From IMG/VR virus record IMGVR_UViG_3300036857_000120: a stretch of DNA of 64,000 nt, one strand, 5' to 3'. Shown here one piece after another: positions 29,363 to 38,251 of the stretch. The notes under the pieces were generated by a model that saw only the letters and a program-made list of their open reading frames with translations, ran no database searches and was not told where the DNA came from. This DNA is from an uncultured virus (IMG/VR IMGVR_UViG_3300036857_000120) (Duplodnaviria; Heunggongvirae; Uroviricota; Caudoviricetes). Both the position numbers and the translations under genes were made by a program. How positions within the stretch are numbered: position 1 is the first letter of the stretch; each line of letters opens with the position of its first letter.

Positions 29363-29976
29363 GCGGTGATCCTCGTGGCTAGAGCCGCTTTTTCTACTGG
29401 GCTCAATTCCCATGCCGCGACGACGATCCAGATATCGGCGATCCCGATGCGGCGGAGGAGGAGCGGATCATGCGGGACGATCTTCGTCCATTCCGCTTCC
29501 CATAGGACATGATAATTCGCGAGCCCGCGGCGCGGCCGGAGATGGAGCGGCGGGGTCGGGACGAGCGCCTCCGCGGTGCGCCAGCGTTGCGCGCCCGGGA
29601 ACGATCCCGCCGGGAAGGAAAAGACATTGCGCGATTGATAGACCCCGTCGCGTCCCCACCGCGAGCGCGAGCGCGGATTGGTGTCGCCCGCATGCATGGT
29701 CGCCGCGCCGTCGTCGCGATATTGGATCTTGCATGAGATCGCGTCGGCGCGGCAGAGCGCGAGCTTTGGCCATCCCGCATCCGGCGCGCTCGCCGGTTTG
29801 ACGCCGGCGGCCTTCACGGATTCGAGCGCGCGAATGACCATCTTGCCCTGTGCGATGGCCTGATAGGCGCGGCGGACCTCGTCGTCGATTGGCTTCGAAT
29901 AATGCAGATGCTTTTTATATTCGCGGTAGAGCTCCAGCGCGCGGGCGCGGTCGACCTCGATGCGTTGCGTCTCCAT
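29359..29976 (-). CDS. Phage hypothetical protein
   Basis: VLWEAEW...P.DP.LLRR....W.VVA.W.L...E; GGAGG RBS. Confidence 0.7.
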   Translation of the reverse strand: METQRIEVDRARALELYREYKKHLHYSKPIDDEVRRAYQAIAQGKMVIRALESVKAAGVKPASAPDAGWPKLALCRADAISCKIQYRDDGAATMHAGDTNPRSRSRWGRDGVYQSRNVFSFPAGSFPGAQRWRTAEALVPTPPLHLRPRRGLANYHVLWEAEWTKIVPHDPLLLRRIGIADIWIVVAAWELSPVEKAALATRITA

Positions 29977-29977
29977 G

Positions 29978-30145
29978 TTACGACCTCCCGATCAATCGCT
30001 GTTGCGCGTCGGCGGCGAGCCTGCGGAGATTCTCGCTATGCTCCTGGATCGTCTCCAGGCTTTCGGCGAGCTTGTCCTTTTCCACGTTGATCGCCATGAC
30101 CAGCGCGGCGATCTGTTCGGTCAATCCTGGTTGTCGTGCTGCCAT
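29978..30145 (-). CDS. Small coiled-coil protein
   Basis: AGGAGG RBS, 55 aa. Confidence 0.55.
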   Translation of the reverse strand: MAARQPGLTEQIAALVMAINVEKDKLAESLETIQEHSENLRRLAADAQQRLIGRS

Positions 30146-30290
30146 CGTGTCCTCCTATGGTCGGTGGATCGAGCTTGTCGAGCCGTTGATTGATGCGGAA
30201 ACTTGCGCGCAACAAACACGCCGGGATAATCCGACGGCGAGTCATAGACCGTCCAGAGGACGAGCGGGCGCGTTGCCTCGTTTGCGGTCG

Positions 30291-30512
30291 TCATGGCGGC
30301 GGCGGCTCGTGCTCCAGCGCGGCGATGCGGTCGCGGATGCGGGCAAGCTCGATCTCGGCATATCCGCGGAGTTTGCGGATGGCGTTGAGCTCAACCTCCG
30401 CCGCGCCGATCTGCGCCTCCGCGGCGCGCTCACGGCGAGTCATGGTTGCCAGAATGTCGAGCATGGATGCGGCCTCCTCGCGCGCGGCGCGGAGCGGATC
30501 GAATTGCGTCAT
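30291..30512 (-). CDS. Hypothetical protein
   Basis: GGAGG RBS, ATGA coupling. Confidence 0.5.
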   Translation of the reverse strand: MTQFDPLRAAREEAASMLDILATMTRRERAAEAQIGAAEVELNAIRKLRGYAEIELARIRDRIAALEHEPPPP

Positions 30513-30721
30513 TGCCGCGAGCCTCCGTGCTGGACCTCGATCAGGCAACCGAGGGCGAGTTGAAGGAAATGATCCTCGCTCCGTCCCGACTCGATATGCA
30601 GATGGGCGGCCAGGAGAACGAGATCGATGGCGGCCAATTGTTTCGCGTCGCGAAGGCTCTCCCCGGAATGGTCCCGGAGAAAGCCCTCGATCACCTGTGC
30701 GATTTTGATTTTCGCGCTCAC
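30509..30721 (-). CDS. Hypothetical protein
   Basis: Coupled chain. Confidence 0.5.
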   Translation of the reverse strand: MSAKIKIAQVIEGFLRDHSGESLRDAKQLAAIDLVLLAAHLHIESGRSEDHFLQLALGCLIEVQHGGSRQ

Positions 30722-31179
30722 CCTGTCGCCCGCGTCTTTCGAGCTTCAAGCTCGGATTGTTCTTTCGCAATGTCGTCGTGGAATCGCTTGCGGAGCTCGT
30801 TCACGCCTTGCGCCGCGATCTTGTTGCGGGTCATGGCGCGCTCGACGGCGGCGGCCTGGATCCGCGCGACGTGGCGGATATCTTCGGCGAGATGATAGCA
30901 TTCATCGCGGGCATGCTGGCCGTCCTCCAGGACGGCGTCCCCGACCTCCTCGCAATGGCGCGCCGATGCCTCCGCGTATTTGAGAATCGCCTGTGCGCCG
31001 AGGAGGGCATAGTCGGTCACCTTGCCCTCCGTTGGGGTCTCCGCGCGCACAGCGTCGGCGGTCGCATTGATGGCGTCGACCGCGCCCTGTGCTTCGTTCG
31101 CGACCGCGCGCAATGTTTCGGCTTGTGCGGCGCGATGCTTAGGCGGGACGTAGTCCTGGGGGTTGTCGCTAGTGGTCAT
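30718..31179 (-). CDS. Helical hypothetical protein
   Basis: AAGGAG RBS. Confidence 0.6.
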   Translation of the reverse strand: MTTSDNPQDYVPPKHRAAQAETLRAVANEAQGAVDAINATADAVRAETPTEGKVTDYALLGAQAILKYAEASARHCEEVGDAVLEDGQHARDECYHLAEDIRHVARIQAAAVERAMTRNKIAAQGVNELRKRFHDDIAKEQSELEARKTRATG

Positions 31180-31576
31180 GACGTTCTGGCTCCTTTGCTT
31201 GGTTTCCAGCGATATCCTCGATCACGGCCCGGATCCCGTCGCGCTGGCCGAGGGTCCAGGCAATTTGCATCGCGAGCTTGATGGCGTCGAAGGTCCCGCG
31301 GTCGACCCGATAGGGAAGCCGCGTCGCGAGATGAGCGACGAGGAGGTCGTATGCGGCGCGCGGATCGGCGCGGCAGAGCGATTCGAATTTGTCCGGGAGC
31401 GAGAGCTTGACGTCGGCACGGTCGGCGGCGACGCGGTCGCGGTGCTCTTTGAGATAATCCGACGCGAGCTTTGTGTCCGGAGAAATCTTCTGCCATGGTC
31501 CGCTGCCAAGTCGCATCAAACGCCAACCGTCTGCGACTTCTTGATCGGTCAATGTCGGTTTCGTTTCGTCGGTCAT
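31169..31576 (-). CDS. Hypothetical protein
   Basis: GGAGG RBS, coupling. Confidence 0.55.
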   Translation of the reverse strand: MTDETKPTLTDQEVADGWRLMRLGSGPWQKISPDTKLASDYLKEHRDRVAADRADVKLSLPDKFESLCRADPRAAYDLLVAHLATRLPYRVDRGTFDAIKLAMQIAWTLGQRDGIRAVIEDIAGNQAKEPERHDH

Positions 31577-31902
31577 CGCCGCGGCCTCCGGCGCTCGATC
31601 TCCTCCTCCAGGAAGGAGCGGAATATTTTTAGCTCGTCGTCGAGCTTGTCCATGCGGGAGAGGTCGGCTCCGGTCGCCTCCGGCGTGCCGTCGTCGAGCG
31701 CGGAGACGACGCTATTAAAGACATGCTCCGCGCCGGAGAAGAATCCGATCCGCATGTCGTTCCGTTGCGCGTCTCCGACCGCGGGCGGGACGAATAGTTG
31801 TTCGAAGATTTTCCATCCCGCCTCCACGAGCTTGCCCTGGTCCATGAGTTTGCGCGTCAATTCCTCCGCGGCAATCTGGAGGTCGGGCTTGTTGGTATTC
31901 AT
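31573..31902 (-). CDS. Hypothetical protein
   Basis: Q...MR..FF.GA motif; AAGGA RBS. Confidence 0.6.
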   Translation of the reverse strand: MNTNKPDLQIAAEELTRKLMDQGKLVEAGWKIFEQLFVPPAVGDAQRNDMRIGFFSGAEHVFNSVVSALDDGTPEATGADLSRMDKLDDELKIFRSFLEEEIERRRPRR

Positions 31903-31946
31903 GCGATGATCCTTTCGATGCTCGCGTCGCCGATCATTGCGGACGC

Positions 31947-33035
31947 TCATGCGGGCCGCTCCGGTTTCGGTTGCCCGTCGAGACCGGCGCGCCACGCCAG
32001 CGCCTCCGCGGTGCGATCCGGCGTCCGGTATTCGCCGGGGAGCGCCTTCGGGGTCGAGCCCGCGGCCTTTGCCTTAACGCCGCGGTCATAGGCGATCTGG
32101 ATCGCATCGGGCTCGGCGCTCTCCTCGCCCTCCTCCTTCGCGGACCCAGGACCACGAGCGCCGGTTTTCTCCGGGTCCGCCGTGCCCGCGTCCTGGGCCG
32201 TCGCGTCCGCCGTCTCGGAGGGGGACCCCTGTGACGGCGGCGCAACCTCTGTCGCTGGCGGGAATACCTCGTCGGTCGTGGTCATGCCGTCGGCGACGGA
32301 TTTCATCATCGCGACGATGCGGGCGATATCGGGCGCGAGCCATTCCTTTGCGGCGCGGCCGATGGTGCGCTCGACCCGGGCAAGCTCGACCGGCATTTTC
32401 GCCAGCCCTTCGATGGTGCGCGTCCTCCAGGCGGGGAGATCCTTGCCGATCCGCTGGACGAGGGAATTTTGCGCCTGTTCGAAAGCATAGTCGCAATACA
32501 ACTGGAGCCCGTTTGTTATGACGTTGCGGATCGCCTTCGATTGTCCGATCTGGTAGGCGATATCGAGTTGCCGATCGGCGTCCTTCGTCTTCATCGATGA
32601 TTGCGATTTGCGCTGGCGGTAGGCGCGCTCCATCGAAAAGCCGGTCTCGATATCGGTGAACCGCGCATAGAAAACCCATGCATCGCCGACGTCGAGCTCC
32701 CTGACCTCGACGGCGCAATTGCCGAAGATGCGCGCGACGTCGTTCGCGAGCTTGATCGACGGACCTTCGATAAAGTCCTGTCCGCCTCCGGCCTTGCGAA
32801 CGGGGAAGCGATAGAACCAATCGGATCCGGCAGCTGCGGCGAGCGTCGAAAGTTTCTGGAGGATGCGTTGCTCGTCGCGATAGACCGCGACCGGTTGCGC
32901 CCCGATCACGCGCTCGGCGATCCCGGACGTCGGCCGCACGAGCGCGTGACCCGCGGGCGGGCGCGTTGGTTGATTCTGTTGCCCGCTCGCGTTGGCGAAT
33001 TGTGAGAGGTCTCTGGTATCCATCTCGTCGTTCAT
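31947..33035 (-). CDS. Putative ssDNA-annealing/recombination protein
   Basis: Y.FP......IEGPSIKLA...AR.FGN, SKAIRNVI; downstream of YqaJ. Confidence 0.55.
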   Translation of the reverse strand: MNDEMDTRDLSQFANASGQQNQPTRPPAGHALVRPTSGIAERVIGAQPVAVYRDEQRILQKLSTLAAAAGSDWFYRFPVRKAGGGQDFIEGPSIKLANDVARIFGNCAVEVRELDVGDAWVFYARFTDIETGFSMERAYRQRKSQSSMKTKDADRQLDIAYQIGQSKAIRNVITNGLQLYCDYAFEQAQNSLVQRIGKDLPAWRTRTIEGLAKMPVELARVERTIGRAAKEWLAPDIARIVAMMKSVADGMTTTDEVFPPATEVAPPSQGSPSETADATAQDAGTADPEKTGARGPGSAKEEGEESAEPDAIQIAYDRGVKAKAAGSTPKALPGEYRTPDRTAEALAWRAGLDGQPKPERPA

Positions 33036-33463
33036 TGCTCCGGTCCTCCGTTGGTTTTCGTCGGCTCGTCCTCGAATGCCTGTGCGACGTCGCGAAACTG
33101 ATCGCGCGCTCCGGCGGCGAATGTCTCCTCGTCGGACTTGGCTCCGGCGTAGTCGCGGCCATAGAGCGCCATGCGCGCGGCTTGTCGGATCAATGCGATC
33201 TCGATTCCGAGGAGCATGAGCGCGCCGCTCTCGACGCCGCTGTCCTCGCTCTGGCATTTGAACATGACACGCTGGACGGCGATGCCGATGATCTCGTCGG
33301 CCATGTGCCAGACGGTCTCGATCTCGTCGACGTCCTCCTTCGTGACGCCGTCCTCCGGCGCGCGCGGGCGATAGGCGTTGATCGCGGCGAGGACGTAGTC
33401 GCGCTCGTCGGGCGCGAGCTTTTCGCCGAGGACCAGGCGCTCCTTTAGGTCGATCAGATTCAT
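33032..33463 (-). CDS. Hypothetical protein
   Basis: Coupled chain. Confidence 0.55.
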   Translation of the reverse strand: MNLIDLKERLVLGEKLAPDERDYVLAAINAYRPRAPEDGVTKEDVDEIETVWHMADEIIGIAVQRVMFKCQSEDSGVESGALMLLGIEIALIRQAARMALYGRDYAGAKSDEETFAAGARDQFRDVAQAFEDEPTKTNGGPEQ

Positions 33464-33605
33464 TTCCGATCCTTCGGCTTCGCGAGCGTCACTTTTATTT
33501 TTTTGCTTCGATTGGTGACGATGGCGCGGCGGACGCCTTGCGATCCGGCTCCCGGCCAGCGCGCCGAGATATGTTTCGGCGGGCGCGGTCCCTTCCGATC
33601 TTCGG

Positions 33606-33821
33606 TCATATCAGCTTGCCCTCCTGATAGAGCGAGCGCAGACGGACGAAGCGGTCGCGCGCCTTCGTGATCTTTTTGAGGAGCTCGACGGCGTCCTTCG
33701 GTCTGGCTTTGATCTCGCGCGCGGCCATGCCCTCCATCCCGTCCATCGCCTTCTCATATTCGTCGGCGGCCTCGTGCAATTCGACCGGCCAATCGGGCGC
33801 GCGTTTGAGGAGCGCGGTCAC
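33606..33821 (-). CDS. Hypothetical protein
   Basis: GTGA coupling. Confidence 0.45.
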   Translation of the reverse strand: MTALLKRAPDWPVELHEAADEYEKAMDGMEGMAAREIKARPKDAVELLKKITKARDRFVRLRSLYQEGKLI

Positions 33822-34069
33822 TGGAGCCCTTCGCCCTTGCCGAAAAATTCCTCGACCAGCGGATGCGGGCCGAACATTTTCGTAAGCTCGCGCGCGCTCT
33901 CGCGGTCGAGGATCCAGGGGAAGACCTTCCCGGTCTCCTGGTCCTTGACGTCGATCACCAATTGCGGGCGACCGTCGATCTCCTCGCGGCGGACGTCCAT
34001 GATCTGACCGAGGCGCGCGCCGCGGCGGAGGAGGTCGATCAGGAGTTGGGTCTCGAATTTGTCGGTCAT
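33818..34069 (-). CDS. Hypothetical protein
   Basis: ATGA coupling. Confidence 0.5.
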   Translation of the reverse strand: MTDKFETQLLIDLLRRGARLGQIMDVRREEIDGRPQLVIDVKDQETGKVFPWILDRESARELTKMFGPHPLVEEFFGKGEGLQ

Positions 34070-34290
34070 TTGATGACGCCTTCCATCCGTTGAATGATGG
34101 TCTCGCATTCGGCGACTTGATCGCGGAGCGCCTGGACCTCCTCCGCAAGCTCGTTCGCCTTGTTCGCGAGGCGGCGATAGCATTCGGCGCAGACCGCGCC
34201 CGCGGTGTGGCCGCAGGACCATTCCGAGATGCCGGGGCGTTGATAGTGTTCATGGTGCAAGCGCACGCGACCGGGACCGTCGTCGTTCAT
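34066..34290 (-). CDS. Small Cys/coiled-coil protein
   Basis: GAGGAGG RBS, ATGA coupling. Confidence 0.5.
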   Translation of the reverse strand: MNDDGPGRVRLHHEHYQRPGISEWSCGHTAGAVCAECYRRLANKANELAEEVQALRDQVAECETIIQRMEGVIK

Positions 34291-35261
34291 TCGACCTCCT
34301 CCTCGATCTCCGGCGCGGTCTTCAACACGCGAAGGACACGAAACTCCGACGCCTTGACCGGATGCGCCTTGCGCCGTTGCAGCTTGTTCGCGAGACACCG
34401 GCCATCGGCGAGGAGGCCGTAAGTATGCGCGGCGAGCTTGCCCTCGATCTCCGTCGTGATCTCGTCCTTGCGATCCTTCATGCGCTTCAACGCGGCGGAG
34501 ACCTCCGCCAGGTCCTCGACCAATTGCATCGCGCGATTGTCCTCGCGCAGATCGATGGTCGTTCCGTCGTCGCGCGGATAGAGCGCGCGAATGAGCTCAC
34601 TGTCGCGCGTTGGTTCGAACGGAGGCATGACCCCGGCGTCGAGATATTCCCGGAAAAATTCCGCGACCAGATGATCGATGCGCGCCTCGAGGACGCCGTC
34701 GCGCTCGACGTCGAACAGGCGAAACGTCCAGTCGAATTCGCCGACGATCAGGATCGGCACGAGACCCCATTCGCAATCATTGAGCCGCATGTCCTGGAGC
34801 GTCTGGATCCGATAGGCGGCGGGGAGCGTGGCCTCGCCGTAGCGGAGATCGTCGTCGGGGTCGTTCAGATATTTATGCCGGAACACGGAGCGCGAGATCA
34901 CTTTGGTCTGGAGCGCGCCGACGCCGGGGACGTCGGGGCGGCGGGCGAAGCCGTCGGGCGTCGAGCCTTGGCGCTTGTCCTCGTCGACGGCATAGACCGA
35001 GGCGCGCACGATCTCCCATTCCGGGAAGGTCTCGTTTAGGGCTTCGAAGACGGCGGCCTCGCCCCATCGGCCGCGGCGGAATATGGCGTTGTCCTCCAGC
35101 GGCGGGCGTAGGCCCATCTTCTCGGCGAACAGGATCGCGGGCGATCCCCATGGTGCGACGCCGCAAACGACCGCGGCCTCGCTCGCATTGATGTTCGCGC
35201 GGCGGGCCTGGAGCCACTCGTCGCGGGTCATCTCATTGCGTGGATAGCGTTTTATCGACAC
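34287..35261 (-). CDS. YqaJ-like viral recombinase/exonuclease
   Basis: EWL..RR..I.ASEAA, G...E, STPDG, P..Y.IQ. Confidence 0.85.
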   Translation of the reverse strand: MSIKRYPRNEMTRDEWLQARRANINASEAAVVCGVAPWGSPAILFAEKMGLRPPLEDNAIFRRGRWGEAAVFEALNETFPEWEIVRASVYAVDEDKRQGSTPDGFARRPDVPGVGALQTKVISRSVFRHKYLNDPDDDLRYGEATLPAAYRIQTLQDMRLNDCEWGLVPILIVGEFDWTFRLFDVERDGVLEARIDHLVAEFFREYLDAGVMPPFEPTRDSELIRALYPRDDGTTIDLREDNRAMQLVEDLAEVSAALKRMKDRKDEITTEIEGKLAAHTYGLLADGRCLANKLQRRKAHPVKASEFRVLRVLKTAPEIEEEVE

Positions 35262-35300
35262 GAGCGGGCCAGCCGGGGAATGTGCGGAATCGGAAGCGCG

Positions 35301-35330
35301 AGACTAGGACGATCCGGCCGATCCGGTCAA
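35301..35330 (-). promoter_or_regulatory. Leftward early promoter
   Basis: CTAGGTCCGG-TTGACC-18-TAGTCT. Confidence 0.55.
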
Positions 35331-35543
35331 CCGGACCTAGACCGATGGACCTACGTCCTGGGGATTGCGGGGACGGTCGCGCATTCCACCGCGATAGAGT
35401 CGGCATTCGGACTTATGGCTTGACCGACGGCGGGCGAGTCGTAGGGTTGTGGCGTCGGCGTAGGTCCGTCCGCCGTCACCTATTCTGGTTTCCACACGAT
35501 GATGTTGCGCCGCCCGCGTCGGGACGGTGCCGAGGAGGACGTC

Positions 35544-35903
35544 ATGGGCGACGGCAATGGCGGACCGCTGGTCGGTCTGCAATCGTATCTCGAAAAAATA
35601 TCCCAGCAGGATGACGAGCTCGACACGCTCCGCGCCGATTACATGAACGACTGCAAAGGACCGCGCGGACGGATCAAAGAGGTCAAACTGAGCGCCAAGG
35701 AATCCGGCGTGAACATGCGGGCCTTTAACGAGCTTCTCTCCAAGCACCGCGCCGATAGGCGGCATCAAAAGCGGGTTGCCGACCTGGAGGCGGATGATGC
35801 GGCGGCGCTGGAGGAGATGATCGAGAGGCTCGGCGACTTCGTCGATACGCCGCTCGGTTCCGCGGCGGTCGCACGCCATCCCGGATCGTCTCTGAATATC
35901 TGA
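35544..35903 (+). CDS. GapR/DUF2312-like nucleoid-associated protein
   Basis: L.SY.EKI, IKEV...AK..G.N..A, DTPLG.AA; GAGGAGG RBS. Confidence 0.65.
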   Translation: MGDGNGGPLVGLQSYLEKISQQDDELDTLRADYMNDCKGPRGRIKEVKLSAKESGVNMRAFNELLSKHRADRRHQKRVADLEADDAAALEEMIERLGDFVDTPLGSAAVARHPGSSLNI

Positions 35904-35925
35904 CCGGCCCGAAAGGATCCGGGCC

Positions 35926-36609
35926 ATGGTCAAGCGGCGTCGACCGCGCGCACGCGCGCGCGAAAAGGATATTGCGCTTGCCATCGCGCGGGAGCGCAAG
36001 CGCAAGCAGCACGAGAAGAAGCGCCGGCGGGCCAAGCGCGAGCGCGATCTCGCGCGCAAGCAGCGGGCATTGCCAGCCAAGCGATACGGCGTGATCGTCG
36101 CGGATCCCAATTGGCGATGGGAGCCGCGCTCGCGCGAGACCGGGATGGATCGCGCGGCCGACAATCACTATCCGACCAGTCCGACGGCGGAGATCGCGGC
36201 GCTCCCGGTCGAGGAGCTCGCGGCCGACGATTGCGTGCTCTGGTTATGGGCGACGATCCCGATGCTGGAGCACGCGCTCGCGGTCATGCGCGCGTGGGGC
36301 TTTGCTTACAAATCGCACTACGTCTGGAGCAAGGACCGGATCGGTCCGGGCTACTGGTCGCGCGCGAAGCATGAACTCCTGTTGATCGGGGTCCGCGGAT
36401 CCATCCCCTGTCCCACTCCGGGCACGCAATGGAATTCGCTTATCGATGCGCCGCGCGGGCGGCATTCGGCGAAGCCGGAGATCTTCCTCCGCATGATCGA
36501 GGAGTATTACCCAAACCTACCCAGGATCGAGCTCTATCGCCGCGGGCCAGCGCGCCCCGGTTGGGATGCATGGGGGAACGAGGTCGAGGAGATGGAGGCG
36601 GCGGAATGA
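35926..36609 (+). CDS. MT-A70 family adenine methyltransferase
   Basis: VI.ADP(N)W, HYPT, WGF.YK, HE.LLIG.RG, HS.KPE. Confidence 0.9.
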   Translation: MVKRRRPRARAREKDIALAIARERKRKQHEKKRRRAKRERDLARKQRALPAKRYGVIVADPNWRWEPRSRETGMDRAADNHYPTSPTAEIAALPVEELAADDCVLWLWATIPMLEHALAVMRAWGFAYKSHYVWSKDRIGPGYWSRAKHELLLIGVRGSIPCPTPGTQWNSLIDAPRGRHSAKPEIFLRMIEEYYPNLPRIELYRRGPARPGWDAWGNEVEEMEAAE

Positions 36610-36797
36610 GCGAGGCGCGCGGACCGTTCGCGACGATGACGTGCGATTGCGGGGCGACGTTCTCCAGATCGTGCGCGCTCGAGGATCTGTTGCGCTTCAC
36701 GGCGGCGGCATGCGCGAAGGGCTGGACGATGGGCGTCTTCGGTTGCCGCTGTCCGAAATGCAGCAAGGGCGGCAAGCGCCGCAAGGGCGAGAAATGA
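36606..36797 (+). CDS. Small zinc-finger protein
   Basis: CDC..GW..CPKC. Confidence 0.5.
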   Translation: MSEARGPFATMTCDCGATFSRSCALEDLLRFTAAACAKGWTMGVFGCRCPKCSKGGKRRKGEK

Positions 36798-36988
36798 CGG
36801 AGCGGATCATCCCGATCACCGAGGGCGCGGCGCGCGAGGCCATCCGTCTCGGCGACGAGATGGCGGAGCGGATGGCGGCGGCCGAACTCCGCTCGCGTCG
36901 GCGCGGGCGCGCAATCGAGCGCGCGATCTCGCTCCTCCGTTCCGGCCGTCCCGACGAAGCGTTGAAGGTCCTGGAGAGCGCGCAATGA
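36794..36988 (+). CDS. Hypothetical protein
   Basis: ATGA coupling. Confidence 0.5.
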   Translation: MTERIIPITEGAAREAIRLGDEMAERMAAAELRSRRRGRAIERAISLLRSGRPDEALKVLESAQ

Positions 36989-37521
36989 CCGATATCCTCG
37001 CGCTCGATATCGCGACCTCGACCGGATGGGCGCGCGGTCGTCCGGAGGATGCGCCGACGTGCGGATCCGTTCGCTTCGCCAGCAAGGGCGCGTCGCATGG
37101 CGCGATCTTCTCCGGGGCGTTCGATTGGTTCCGGGAATTCACGGAGAAGGATCGGCCCGACGTCCTGGTGATCGAGGACCTCCTCCCGTTCCGCGCCAAG
37201 ATGGGCGAGACCACGAAGGACACCGCGCGGCTCCTCGCGGGGTTGCATGGCGTGATCCGTCTGGTCGCGTTCAAGCGCGAGATCTTCAAGGTCCAGGCGG
37301 TCCCGGTCTCCGACGTGCGCCATCATTTCATCGGCGGCAATTTCAAGCGCGAACAGGCGAAGGGATACGTCGAGCAAAAATGCAAATCGCTCGGATGGCT
37401 GGAGCGCGCCGACACCGATGCGGCCGATGCTTGCGCGCTCTGGTCCTATTGGGCCGCGCGCGTCGTTCCGGAGACCGCGCTGCGGGTCTCGCCCTTGTTC
37501 CAGGCGAGGAGACGCGCATGA
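36985..37521 (+). CDS. RuvC-like Holliday junction resolvase
   Basis: ILALD.AT.TGWA, VIE, D.ADA. Confidence 0.8.
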   Translation: MTDILALDIATSTGWARGRPEDAPTCGSVRFASKGASHGAIFSGAFDWFREFTEKDRPDVLVIEDLLPFRAKMGETTKDTARLLAGLHGVIRLVAFKREIFKVQAVPVSDVRHHFIGGNFKREQAKGYVEQKCKSLGWLERADTDAADACALWSYWAARVVPETALRVSPLFQARRRA

Positions 37522-37706
37522 ACGACGTCGATCCGACCGCGCCGGGATATGCCGCGATCTTCGATCCGCCGCTCGACGGCGGCGTGCCGTTCGACAATCA
37601 CGACGCGGCGCTGGCCTATGCGCGGCGCGTGCGCGCGATGCTGTGCTCGCTCCGCCGAATACGGTTCGATTCCATAGACGAGATGCGAAGGATCATCACG
37701 CCATGA
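37518..37706 (+). CDS. Hypothetical protein
   Basis: ATGA coupling. Confidence 0.45.
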   Translation: MNDVDPTAPGYAAIFDPPLDGGVPFDNHDAALAYARRVRAMLCSLRRIRFDSIDEMRRIITP

Positions 37707-38251
37707 AGCTCGGTTATGCCGATCCGCCATACATCGGATGCGCGTTCAAATACGAGGATCATCCCGATTATGCGGGCGAGGTCGATCACGTCGCCCTGGT
37801 TCATCGTCTCCAGAATGAATTCGACGGCTGGATCCTCCATGCGGCGGCGACGCCGGAGTCGATGGCGATCCTCGCGCCGCTGGTCGAGAAGGCGCGCGCG
37901 CGTTGGTGCGCGTGGTTCAAGCCGTTCGCCGCGTTCAAGGCGCACGTCTCCGTCGCCTATGCATGGGAGCCGGTCATCATCAAAGCCGCGCGCAAGCCGG
38001 TCGTCTCCGGCCATATCGTGATGCGCGATTTCATCTCGTGCCCGATTGCATTGAAGCGCGGTCTCGTCGGCGCAAAGCCGGAGAAGGTCATTCAATGGGC
38101 GTTTGATCTCGTCGGCGCGGACCCTGCCGACGAGCTTTGCGATCTCTTTCCCGGGACCGGCGCGGTCGCGCGTGCATGGGACGTCTGGCGCGCGCGCGGG
38201 CCGTCGCCGGAGCAAATCCCGTTGTTTGCGGTCGATCTGGAGGGACTATGA
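37703..38251 (+). CDS. Small amino (N6A/N4C) DNA methyltransferase
   Basis: YADPPY, GAKP, DLFPGTG. Confidence 0.75.
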   Translation: MKLGYADPPYIGCAFKYEDHPDYAGEVDHVALVHRLQNEFDGWILHAAATPESMAILAPLVEKARARWCAWFKPFAAFKAHVSVAYAWEPVIIKAARKPVVSGHIVMRDFISCPIALKRGLVGAKPEKVIQWAFDLVGADPADELCDLFPGTGAVARAWDVWRARGPSPEQIPLFAVDLEGL

